Of a stretch of 64,000 nt of DNA, positions 1 through 10,608 are shown in pieces. Where the stretch lies: assembly GCA_001600695.1 (NCBI GenBank), contig BCKQ01000005.1, positions 983,820 through 1,047,819 of the forward strand. Reading direction: 5' to 3'. The notes beneath the pieces were generated by a model, which ran no database searches, had not been told where the DNA came from, and worked only from the letters and a program-made list of their open reading frames with translations. This DNA is from Ascoidea asiatica JCM 7603. Taxonomy: Eukaryota; Fungi; Ascomycota. The first letter of the stretch is position 1. Each line of letters begins with the position of its first letter. A program made the position numbers and the translations under genes.

Positions 1-2
1 TA

Positions 3-1166
3 AAAATATTTCGAGTTGATATAAGTTATTCATTATGTGGTAAGATTGGTAATAGAAATGGAAAAATATCTAGTGATCAAATTGCAGATAATGAAAAATG
101 TAATCAAGAATTTACAAGACTTATAATGATTAGAAAATATAAAATGGAAGAAAAAGAAAAAATTTTAGATATGAAATTTAAAATAATAGAAAATAAACCA
201 ATTTTAATTATTATTACAGTACTTTCAAGAATTATTGGAATTGATATAAGAAGTATGAAAGAAATATTTATTTGGGAAATACCTTTAAAACAAGGATTTC
301 CAACATGTTTTACAATTGATAATAGAAAAGGATGGATGATTGTTGGTACAAATGAAGGATATTTAAATTTATTTGATATTAGATTTGAATTAAGAATTAA
401 AAGTTGGAAAATTCCAAATGGATTTCCAATTAAAAAAATTTCTGTATTACCAAATGATTTTTTAATTGGTAGACATAAAAATAGATTTATTTCAATAATT
501 GGTGGAACTGGAGAATCTGAAATTACAGTTTGGGATATTTCAAAAGGACAATGTTGTAGAGTTTTTTCATGTTCACAAAATCCAATTTTAGAAAATTATA
601 AATTAGAAGAGAAAGAGAAAGAGAGAGAAGAAGAAAGAGAAAGAGGAGGAGTAGAAGTTGAAGATGAAGAAATTAATAATTTAAATTTTAAAGATATTGA
701 AAATGAAAAAATAAATAAAAAACTTGAAAAAAATAAATCAATGACAGCATTTACATTAATTGAATTTCATACATTAGATTTTAAAAATCATTTATATTAT
801 ATTAGTGCAACAAAAGAACATAAAATTGTATTTTGGAATGTAAATAATCCAAATGAATCAAAAATTATTACTGGATTATCATTAAGTGAAGATACACCAA
901 AATTTTCAAGTTTTCAACCAAATTCAAATTCAAATTTAACTATAATTAATGAAGTTAAAATTTTAAATAATAAACAAATTGAAAATAATAAAAAATTGAA
1001 TAATAAAAAAAAATCAAGATTATCAAGACCATCATTAATTTCTTTAGAACAATTAGAAGCTGTTAAAAATCATTTTAGTTCAGTAGAAGATTTAACTATT
1101 GTTGTTTCTCCATATATAATGATTGTTTCTGTAGATAAAAGTGGTGTTATCAATGTTTTTAAATAA
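3..1166 (+). CDS. VPS15: Vps15 PI3-kinase regulatory subunit, C-terminal WD40 region (5' partial)
   Basis: The frame is open from position 3 (KIFRVDIS...), so the ATG at 126 is internal. WD40 motifs match Vps15 (IIGIDIRSM, WMIVGTNEGYLNLFDIRF, ITVWDI), and it ends MIVSVDKSGVINVFK. Confidence 0.88.
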   Translation, partial: KIFRVDISYSLCGKIGNRNGKISSDQIADNEKCNQEFTRLIMIRKYKMEEKEKILDMKFKIIENKPILIIITVLSRIIGIDIRSMKEIFIWEIPLKQGFPTCFTIDNRKGWMIVGTNEGYLNLFDIRFELRIKSWKIPNGFPIKKISVLPNDFLIGRHKNRFISIIGGTGESEITVWDISKGQCCRVFSCSQNPILENYKLEEKEKEREEERERGGVEVEDEEINNLNFKDIENEKINKKLEKNKSMTAFTLIEFHTLDFKNHLYYISATKEHKIVFWNVNNPNESKIITGLSLSEDTPKFSSFQPNSNSNLTIINEVKILNNKQIENNKKLNNKKKSRLSRPSLISLEQLEAVKNHFSSVEDLTIVVSPYIMIVSVDKSGVINVFK

Positions 1167-1282
1167 ATTAAGAATATAAATTACGTATGAAAATAAAAGT
1201 AATTTCAAATTCCTTAAATTCTTCAAAAGCACCCCATCTAAAATATTGGATGTTGCTTAGAATATCCATAGTTTATCATATA

Positions 1283-1424
1283 GTCACGTGTACAAGTAAT
1301 AAATGAAACGCGTCAAAAGCTAAAGAAAGTGAATTAAGCACACAGCTGTAAATTGATTTAATTGATTTTTAAAGCACGCGGGCAAAACCAAAGGCAATTT
1401 CCAGTTTTAACGATTGTTACGCGT
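1283..1424. promoter_or_regulatory. Cbf1-type GTCACGTG and two MCB (ACGCGT) elements upstream of CAC2
   Basis: GTCACGTG at 1283-1290; ACGCGT at 1308-1313 and 1419-1424. These fit G1/S control of a CAF-1 subunit, although they lie about 1.2 kb from the ATG. Confidence 0.55.
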
Positions 1425-2585
1425 CGCAAAAGGCCTAGAGCACAATCCAAGCAATTCTCCTGAATTGCATGCAAAACAAGTCTAAACCTGTAAAGTTAAC
1501 GTTAAAATTTTCGTAAATTCAAAAATGTGACGCATTTGGAAAGAGTCGTGAAATCAAGACTATTGAGACTATTGAGACTATTGAGAGTACTGTAGAAATG
1601 TGGAAATGTAGAAATGTGGAAATATTACTACTGCTTCTCATAAAAAGAAAATATAATCAATTTTCTTCTTTTGCCTTACTGTAGTTTAAATAGTTTAAAG
1701 ATTTGTATCTCTTTTCAAAATTGAAATTACAAAATTTCAAAGTTTTATAGTAAAGTTAATATTGTAAAATAGTGAGCTTGTAAGCTTGTAAGCTTGTAAG
1801 CTTGTGAATTTATAGAATTGTACAATTGTTGAAAATTAAAAAGATTAATAGATATAAAGCGATAATAAATATAGCAAAGATTATCAAAGATTTTTAAAAT
1901 TTCCAAGATACTCAAGAAAGTAAAAATAATTATAATAATTTGTAATAATTTAGTTAATTCACTTTCTTTTGAATATTTTACTTAAATCTTAGCACGTTGA
2001 TAAAGCATCATTAAAACAATATCCACAATATTTTAGTAAATTAAAAAAAACTAAAAGTATTATTACTTCCCAGATTTTTATTTATTATCCATCATATTAA
2101 ACATTAAATATTAATTATAAAATATAATATAAACTTCATTCAATCTAAGAATAATATCATTAATTATTAGCCTTACCTTACCCATTCTACCATCAATACA
2201 ATACTGAATAGTACTACTGTAAAATTTCACCTTTAACTTTCTGCATAGGTTTTTATTCGGACTTACAATACAATTCAATACAATACAACACAACATAATA
2301 CTACAATATCTATCTAGTTCAAATATTTTTATTCCTATTCACTACTATTCTTTCTTAATCATTCATTAATTGTTCATTAATTGTTCATTAATTGTTCATT
2401 AGTTATTCGTAATAATTTATTCTTTAAAAAATATAATTTATTTAATTCTTATTAATATTATATTTAATTCAATTCAATTCAATCCTCTTTTAAATTACAT
2501 TAAAACAACTTAATAATATCCCTTTTTTAATTCTTTATTCTTCTTTTTTTCTTTTAAAAATTCTTTGTATAATTTCCTTTTAATA

Positions 2586-3347
2586 ATGAATGCTTCAACA
2601 ATTGCTGTTCATTGGCATGATGATTCTCAACCAATTTATTCTTGTCATTTTCAACCAAATTTAGAAATTGGAAAACCTTCAAAAAGATTAGCAACTGCAG
2701 GTGGTGATAATAATATTAGAATTTGGAATTTAATTTATTCAAATGATCATAAACAAATTAAATCAATTGATTATCTTTCAACTTTATCAAAACATTCTCA
2801 AGCTGTAAATGTTGTAAGATTTAATCCAAATGGTCAATTATTAGCTTCTGCTGGTGATGATGGTATAATTTTAGTTTGGTCTTTATCTGATAAATTAATT
2901 AAAGATTTTGGTTCAAATTCAAATAATTCAAATGATATTGAAATTCAAAAAGAATCTTGGATCTTAAGACATTCTTTAAGATCTTCAACTTCAGAAATTT
3001 ATGATATTTCTTGGTCTCCAAATTCAAATTTTATCTTAGCAGGTTCAATGGATAATGTTTCAAGAATTTATAATGTTAATACTGGTCAATGTGTTAAACA
3101 AATTGCTGAACATAATCATTATGTTCAAGGTGTAACTTGGGATCCAAGAAATGAATTCTTAGCAACTCAATCTGCTGATAGAAGTGTTCATATTTATTCT
3201 TTAAAATTAAATAATAATAATGAATTTGATTTTTCTTTAACTCCAACTACTTTTTATAAAATTTCAAAAGCTGAATTTCCAACAACTAAACAAAATTTCA
3301 CTTCCAATGATACTAATATTATCAATAATAATAATAATAATATTATC

Positions 3348-3443
<96 letters not shown>

Positions 3444-5216
3444 CTTAATAATAATAAAAATTCAAGTCCGAAAATTAATTTAAATTCAAAAAATTTAAAA
3501 TCAAATTCTAAAGAAAATATTAATACAAATATTAATAACCCCATTAATAATAAGAATAATGATAAACCATATTTAAAACCTCAGATACCACAATCTCCAA
3601 AAAAAGAATTCACTTCAACTTCAAAAACGATTACTCCAATACCTTCTCCAAGTTTATCTACTGCAACTTTAGTATCTCCTGCTAAATCTTTTCAAAATAT
3701 AAATAATTTAATGAATCCACCTTTAAGTAGAAGACGTTTATCAACTTCTTCAACAGGTTCAACATCTTCTTTTTCTGCAACTACTTCAGTTACAACACGT
3801 TCTGCATCTCCAACTCCATTAATTCAACCTCCATTACCTGCAGTTAGACAAATGGATCCAAGAGAAATTAAAAATGCAAATTCATATAATTTTAATTATG
3901 CTTTAAAAACTTCTTTACTTTATCATTCTGAAACTTTTCAATCTTTTTTTAGAAGATTAACTTTTAGTATTGATGGTAGTTTACTTTTAACACCTGCAGG
4001 TTTATTTAAAAATTTTAATGTAAATTCAAATGATTTAAATGATAAACAAGAATTTATTACAAATACTGTATTTATTTATACAAGAGCAGGATTAAATCAT
4101 CCACCAATAACACATTTACCAGGTTTAAAAAAACCTGCAGTTGCAATCTGTTTTAATCCATATTATTATAAATTAAGAAAAAATAATGAAATTAAAAAAT
4201 TTCAATCAATTGATTTAAATAAATCTTTAAATTCAAATGAAAATCATAATCATAATCATAATCATAATCATAATCATAATCATAATCATAATCATAATCA
4301 TAATCATAATCAAAATCAAAATCAACTTACTAAAAATGATAATAAAAATGATAGTAATTCAAAATCAAATGATTTTTCACCAATAATTTCATTTTTTTCA
4401 TTACCTTATAGAATGATATTTGCAGTTGCAACTCAAGATTCAGTTATTATTTATGATACACAAACTCTTGAACCTTTAGGATTAGTTTCAAATCTACATT
4501 ATTCAACATTTACAGATTTAGCATGGTCATCAGATGGATTAACATTAATTGTTTCATCAACTGATGGATTTTGTTCTTCAGTAATTTTTACAGAACAATT
4601 TTTAGGTGAAAGAATTGATGATTTAAATTCAATTGAAGAATCTAGAACTAATTATGAAAATCAATCTAAGAAAATTAAAAATGATTATAAAATAAATAAT
4701 CATGATAAAAATAGTAATAAAAATGGAATAATAAATAAGAATAAAATGAATTCAAGTATAAATATAAGTTCGAGTACTAAAAAATCAAATATAACTAGTA
4801 ATAATAATAATAATAATAGTAATGCTGGTATTAATAGGGGAATTGATATAAATGTAATAAAACCAAATTTAATTGTTGATTCTCCTAAGAAAATTTCAAA
4901 AACAGTAAATATAATTTCAGCAATTAAAGAAATGGAAAAAGAAAAACAAAGTATTAATGCATTATTAGTTGAAGCAAGTAATAATAATTCAAAAATAAAT
5001 ATATTATCGGTTAGAAAAAAAGATAAAAAAGATAAAAAAGTAAACAATAATAATAACAATAATAATAAAAACATAATCTCAATTTTAAATGATGTTAATA
5101 AAAGTAAAAAAGATGATGTTACAAAAGAGAATAAAAAGAATAATGAAAATAATGAAAATTTACCGTCAAAGAAAAAAAGAAGAATTTCACCAACATTAGT
5201 TACAGAGAAGAAGTAA
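2586..5216 (+). CDS. CAC2: Chromatin assembly factor 1 subunit p60 (WD40)
   Basis: Starts MNASTIAVHWHDDSQPIYS at ATG 2586 (the ORF track uses TTG 2565). Contains RLATAGGDNNIRIW, HYVQGVTWDP and SFFRRLTFSIDGSLLLTPAG, and ends with an Asf1-binding B-domain-like KKKRRISPTLV. Confidence 0.95.
3348..3443 (+). repeat. (AAT)~32 microsatellite encoding poly-Asn in CAC2
   Basis: Uninterrupted in-frame AAT run. Confidence 0.95.
4242..4307 (+). repeat. (AATCAT)11 encoding (Asn-His)11 in CAC2
   Basis: Perfect hexamer array followed by AATCAA units. Confidence 0.95.
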
Positions 5217-5382
5217 TATAATATACTGTATATATGGAATGTTATTAGGTTATATATAGTTAAATATAGCCAAATGTTATGAATTTATTGATTAATTGAT
5301 TTGAATGAATGAATGTATTATATTATATAAATGAAATAAAAAATAATTAGATAATTAATTAGTCAAATAATTAATAAAATAA

Positions 5383-6024
5383 TTAAAAAGAATTATTTTC
5401 TAATTGTTTATTAAATCGTTGTCTTGCTTTTAATTTCATTTCTTCTTTTTTTTGTTTTAAAGTCATTGCTCTTTGATCTTTTGAATTTGACCAACCATTT
5501 AATTTTTTTTTATTTTTTAATTTTTTATCATTTTCATTATTTGTAGTATCTGAATTTTCATTATTAACGCTATTAACGCTATCATTACTATCATTTGGTG
5601 GAAATGGTAATGAATTTGTTTTTAAATAATTTTCAACAGTTTTTTCAATTGAACCAGTTTTTTCTAAATCAAATCTAATTTGATCTATTGATAATTTTGG
5701 AGCTATTGTTTGTACAACTTCAATCATACTATCGGTTACTTTACGACGATGTATTTGTCTTTTAGAATCTGAATTTAAAGATTTTTTTAAAGATTTTGAA
5801 GAATTTGAATGATCTATAATTTGATATATTTCATTATCATCATTAATTGAATTTGAAGATTTATTTTTTGAAATTTTTGAATCATTCTTAGAATCTTTTG
5901 ATTTTGACTTAGATTTTGATTTTGATTTTTTAGGTTTATCTACACCAGTAATTGAAAATACTTTAATCACAATAAATAAACCAACAAGACCAGCTATGAA
6001 ACTAATTGAAGTATTATCTAGCAT
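5383..6024 (-). CDS. CUE1: Cue1/Cue4 ER-anchored CUE-domain Ubc7 activator
   Basis: N-terminal TM segment, CUE domain (VTDSMIEVVQTIAPKLSIDQIRFDLEKTGS) and C-terminal U7BR-like WSNSKDQRAMTLKQKKEEMKLKAR. It sits between CAC2 and SAP30, like S. cerevisiae CUE4/CUE1. Confidence 0.88.
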   Translation of the reverse strand: MLDNTSISFIAGLVGLFIVIKVFSITGVDKPKKSKSKSKSKSKDSKNDSKISKNKSSNSINDDNEIYQIIDHSNSSKSLKKSLNSDSKRQIHRRKVTDSMIEVVQTIAPKLSIDQIRFDLEKTGSIEKTVENYLKTNSLPFPPNDSNDSVNSVNNENSDTTNNENDKKLKNKKKLNGWSNSKDQRAMTLKQKKEEMKLKARQRFNKQLENNSF

Positions 6025-6603
6025 TATGGATAAATGATATTATTATTATTATAATTATTATTATTATTATTACTTTGATTATAATTCTATGAAGTGATTA
6101 CTCTTATTGATATTATTGTTATTGTTGATTGCTTAATATATTTATATTCAAGTCTGGCGGTAACTGATTTTCTGAATGAAAGCAAAGAAAAGGAAATGAT
6201 TCGAATTGAAATTGAGATTGAAATGAGATTAAAAGTTAGCAGTGAGCAGTTAGCAGCTCAGGAACTTTCACTTACAAATCCCGTACGCCGTATCCGGAAG
6301 TAATCAGCAGCTCTGATCCGACTGAATTTCCAGTCAATTCCGAGAATAATTCGAGGGCTATTTCCGGTCAATTCGCTGTTTATGGATTGTGTGGGGTTGA
6401 ATTAATTTACCTTGCCACGATTAAGGGGTTTACTTGCATGCTACGCCACGTTAGAAAAGTGTTAGAGCTTTGCAACTTCCGACGGAAGCAAAGACAAAAG
6501 CAGAGGCACCAACTTCTGCTTCTTCTGTATCTGATTCTGCTTCTTCTTTGCTGTTACTACTGAGAATATGATTCTTACAAAAATAAATGAAAAAAATAGC
6601 ATA

Positions 6604-7337
6604 TTATTCAAGATCTCTTCCAGGTTTCCCAAATTCTAATTTGAATCCATTTTCTATAATACCAATTAAAAAAAATTATATTGTTAGTAATTATTTTAAG
6701 AAATAGTTAAATAAAAGAAGTTGAAATAAGAATACATACTTTCATGTTTTATGGCATAAATAAAATTTGTAATAATTTCAGTTTCTTTAGTTGTATGAGC
6801 TAAAAAATGTTTTTTAACTGCACTACTTAATTCTTTTTTTGAAATTCTATCTTGATGTCTTGAACTATATGTTTTTTTACCAATTTCTGAACCTAACATA
6901 AATCCAGAAATACTCATAGCACTTGGTACATTTAAATTATATTTTAATCTATATTTTCTTAATGAATCTATTGGTAAACTTTCAAAATCCATTGGATCTT
7001 TAATTTTTTTATCTTTTGGTCCATTAGAATTTATATGTCTTGATAAAAATTCTTTTTGAGCTTGTAATGCTGCTGCATTTCTTGCTTTTGCTGATGTTCT
7101 ATTTGTATTACTACTTGATTTATATGTATTACTATTAATGTTATTATTATTGTTGTTATTTGAATTATTATTAGTCATATTTGAATTATTTGAAGAATTA
7201 GTATTTCCATTAATACTATTATTATTACCACCGTTAGAATTTGAATTTGAATTTGAATTTAAATTTGAATTTAAATTTGAATTAGAGTTAATATTCTCTG
7301 TATCTAAATTAGCTGATCCTTCTTTATTCTTTGCCAT
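6604..7337 (-). CDS. SAP30: Sap30, Rpd3L subunit; two exons (7337-6740, 6653-6604), 215 aa
   Basis: Sin3-binding domain (DFESLPIDSLRKYR...KKELSSAVKKHF...EIITNFIY). Splicing gives the C-terminus IKHEKNGFKLEFGKPGRDLE*, matching the K..FK.EF end of yeast Sap30. Confidence 0.9.
6654..6739 (-). other. Spliceosomal intron of SAP30 (86 nt, phase 1)
   Basis: GTATGT at 6739-6734, TACTAAC at 6689-6683, TAG at 6656-6654. Confidence 0.9.
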
Positions 7338-7657
7338 TTTGTTATATTTTGATTATATTCTTCTTTAAATAATAGTTTTGAAATAATTGTTATTGTTATT
7401 GTTATTGTTATTGTTATTATTGCTGTTGTGATTTTGATGATTTTTATTAAAAAAAGTCAAATTTATCAATTTTCATATTGAAATTGATTAAAAAGCAACA
7501 ATGAAACTTCAAAAGAAGAAAACCCATAAACTTGGTCTCCATCGTAAACCTTATTTTATCTTAATTTATTATACATTAACATTAATAATATTTTATTTAT
7601 AATAGCTATATAATATATTGTATAATATACTGTATAATATATAATAAAAATTAATTT

Positions 7658-8124
7658 TCAATTTAAATTTATATCTCTAACTAAAAAACCTTCATTACCC
7701 ATTGATAAAGAACCTAAGACATTAACAGAAGAATTATTTAAATCATAAGAATCAAATTTTCCAAGATTAATATCTTTTTTAAATAAAATTGGATTTTTAC
7801 CATTAAATTCAATTATTGATGATGAACCACCATATAAAATATCATTTTCAATTCCAATTCTATTACAAATTATTAAATAAGTTGAATTTTGATTAATTTT
7901 TTTTATAAAAAAATCATTTATATTTTTATATTTTATTGTATTTATAAATGGAAAAAATCTTAAAATCCAATAATTTAAATTTGAATAATTAATTTTATTT
8001 TTATCAAAAATTTCATCTTTGTTTTCATTATTATCATAATTATCATTATTATCATTATTATCATTATTATCATTATTATCATTTATATCATTTATTATAT
8101 CATTTTGATTTAAATTATATTCAA

Positions 8125-8157
<33 letters not shown>

Positions 8158-8947
8158 AAATTTCTTGATAATTTTTTATAATTTTATTTTTTTCAAAATT
8201 ATTTAATTCTTTATTATTTGAAGGAGAATTTGGATGTAACCAAGCCATTGGAGCTAAAATTAAATTACAATTATTTAATTTTGAAAAATTTGAAAATTCA
8301 AATTTTAAAAATGGAGCTTCAAATTTATATGGATTTAAATCCATACATATACCAATAGAACAATTTATATTTATTTTCTTATCAGTTTCACTTTTATTAT
8401 AAGTGAAATTGTAATTTTGAAAATTTTTTAATGGATTTTCTTCACAACCCCATAAATAATCAGTATCATATAAAAAATTTTTTCTATAATTAAATATTAT
8501 TGAACCATTTTTATTAAATAAAACTGCAGAATTATATATCTTAAAGTTATCTAAGTTATTTGAATTATTTGAATTATTTGAATCATTTGAAATAAATTTT
8601 TCTGGATAACCAATTAATGTTAAACAATTATATTTTAAAGAAATTTTTTTAGCTAAATTTAATGAAGGAAATTTTTGATTATCAATAGTAGTGTTGTTAG
8701 AATTAGAATTAGAATTAGAATTGGAATTTAACTTAAAATCATTTAAATTTTCAAGATATGGAATTATATTATTTTTATTTTTAAAATTATAACCAGTTAT
8801 TGCTAATTCTGGTAAAAGTATTAAATCTAAATTTTTTGAATTTTTTTTATTAAAATAATTTTGAATTATATTTAAAATTTTTTCAGAATTTTCATTAATT
8901 TTACCAATTTTTGGATTAAATTGTAAACAAGCTACTCTAAATTTCAT
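7658..8947 (-). CDS. NTA1: Protein N-terminal Asn/Gln amidase (nitrilase fold)
   Basis: Glu-Lys-Cys triad contexts LPELAITGYNF, YRKNFLYDTD and GICMDLNPYKFEAPF, plus YWILRFFPF and CNRIGIE. Confidence 0.92.
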
Positions 8948-9318
8948 TTTTAAAAACTCAATTGATATTTATTATTATTATTTTTATAATTATTATTATG
9001 ATTATGATTATGATTATGATTATTATGATTGTTGTATTATTGATAATATTTCATATTCTTTTAAAAGTATTTAATTGTTAGACAATCATCGATTATTTGA
9101 ATTTGAGAGTTGTAGTGGCACGGATATTCTGTGGAGGCTGGTGTGATGTGGCGAGTGACATTTGTTTTAACGTTAACGTTACTGTTACTGTAGAATCTAC
9201 AAAAGATAATATAATATAAAGATATTGATCAAATGAATATTCAAATATTTGAATATAGAGTATATAAGATATAATATATAAGATATAATATATAAGATAT
9301 AAGATAATAAAAGTGTAA

Positions 9319-9723
9319 TTAGAACTGATAATTATTTTTCCAATTTAAAGTTTTTTTATATTCATTTTCATTTACAAAAATTGATTTAATTGCAAAAGAA
9401 GGTATTGAAACCATTCCTAAAGATCTTTTAGATATTAATTTAAAATCAGAAGAATCTGAAGAATTAGAATCCGAAGAATCAGAGGAAGTAGATAATTTTT
9501 GATAAATATGTTCTTTGACATTATTTAATAATAAATTTGGTTCATTATCAGTTGCCATTAAGATTCCATGTAATTCTCTTATGAAATTTGAATTAAATTT
9601 AATTGGAGTAAATGATGAAATTTTTTCATTTATTAATGGAGCATCTTGATTTATTATAATTTTTAATGGTAATGATATATAATCAGATATTGTAAGTTTA
9701 ATATTTTCACCATCATCTGACAT
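9319..9723 (-). CDS. MAK31: Sm-like NatC auxiliary subunit (Naa38)
   Basis: Sm1-like LTISDYI...RELHGILMATDNEPNLLLNNVKE and Sm2-like RSLGMVSIP. Confidence 0.78.
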   Translation of the reverse strand: MSDDGENIKLTISDYISLPLKIIINQDAPLINEKISSFTPIKFNSNFIRELHGILMATDNEPNLLLNNVKEHIYQKLSTSSDSSDSNSSDSSDFKLISKRSLGMVSIPSFAIKSIFVNENEYKKTLNWKNNYQF

Positions 9724-10608
9724 TTTATTTATTTATTTATTCATTTACTCTTTTATTGTTGATTATTATTCTTTGTTTGTTAATTTGATTAATAACATAT
9801 TCTTCCTCTTCTTCTTATTCCATTGATGAATGTTTCTGTTTTGATTCTCGAGATTCATTGGAGTGGAAGGAGAACCAACACAGTGGATTCAAACTGGAAT
9901 CTTCAATCACCCGCGGGTGTTTCTCTCAAGAATAAAAACAGAAACAGAGACAGAGAGACATACTGTATATGTTGTATATGTTGTATATGTTGTGTGTTGT
10001 GTGTTGTAAGTCTTCAAAGAAGTCCCCCAAAACTGGTTTCCATTTCTTGAATTCCACTTACAGGCCCTGTATCTAGTCAGTTCTTGGCGTGTGGCGTGTG
10101 TCGTGTGTCTTTAACCGTGTGTGCGGTGTGTTTACCAGTTCCACTCCTCTTTCCTCGTCATTCACCCTAAGGCCATCACTAACGCTATCACTAATGCTAT
10201 CATCTCCCATCTATCTTCCATCTTATATATCTATATCTTATATATCTATATCTTACTCGGTCAGTCGCCAGTGAAAGAAAAGAAACATGATTCAAAAGAA
10301 GTAAAACAAGCTGTAAATGCAGAGAATAAACTAAAGCAGTCTAAAATAAGAGAAAGAAATAAAAGAAGCCTTAAACTACAACAATTATTAATATTTATAT
10401 ATATAATAACTGACTGATTTTTCAATTGTGTTTATTTCAAGTGATTTCCATGTAAATAAATAATTATTCAATTCATATATAAATAAATCATATAAATAAA
10501 ACAAATAATCATTACACTTTCATTATAATATATCAATACATTTCATTATATATAAATAAAATACAACTCTCAAATTAAATAAATAAATAAATAAATAAAT
10601 AACATAAA

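Noticed and set aside
1283-1400. GTCACGTG as CDEI of a point centromere (also at 24285 and 26946)
   Set aside because: None is followed by a long, very AT-rich CDEII and a CCGAA-type CDEIII; the contexts are promoters or a tRNA flank.
2111-2296. 61-aa minus-strand ORF between VPS15 and CAC2
   Set aside because: It starts within simple repeats and has no recognisable motif or supported splice partner.
3254-5074. Leu/Phe-rich antisense ORFs (also 7138-7368, 14371-15056, 28058-28705, 44642-44992, 54142-54950)
   Set aside because: These are shadows of real genes on the opposite strand; AAT and GAA repeats read as poly-Leu/Phe/Ser.
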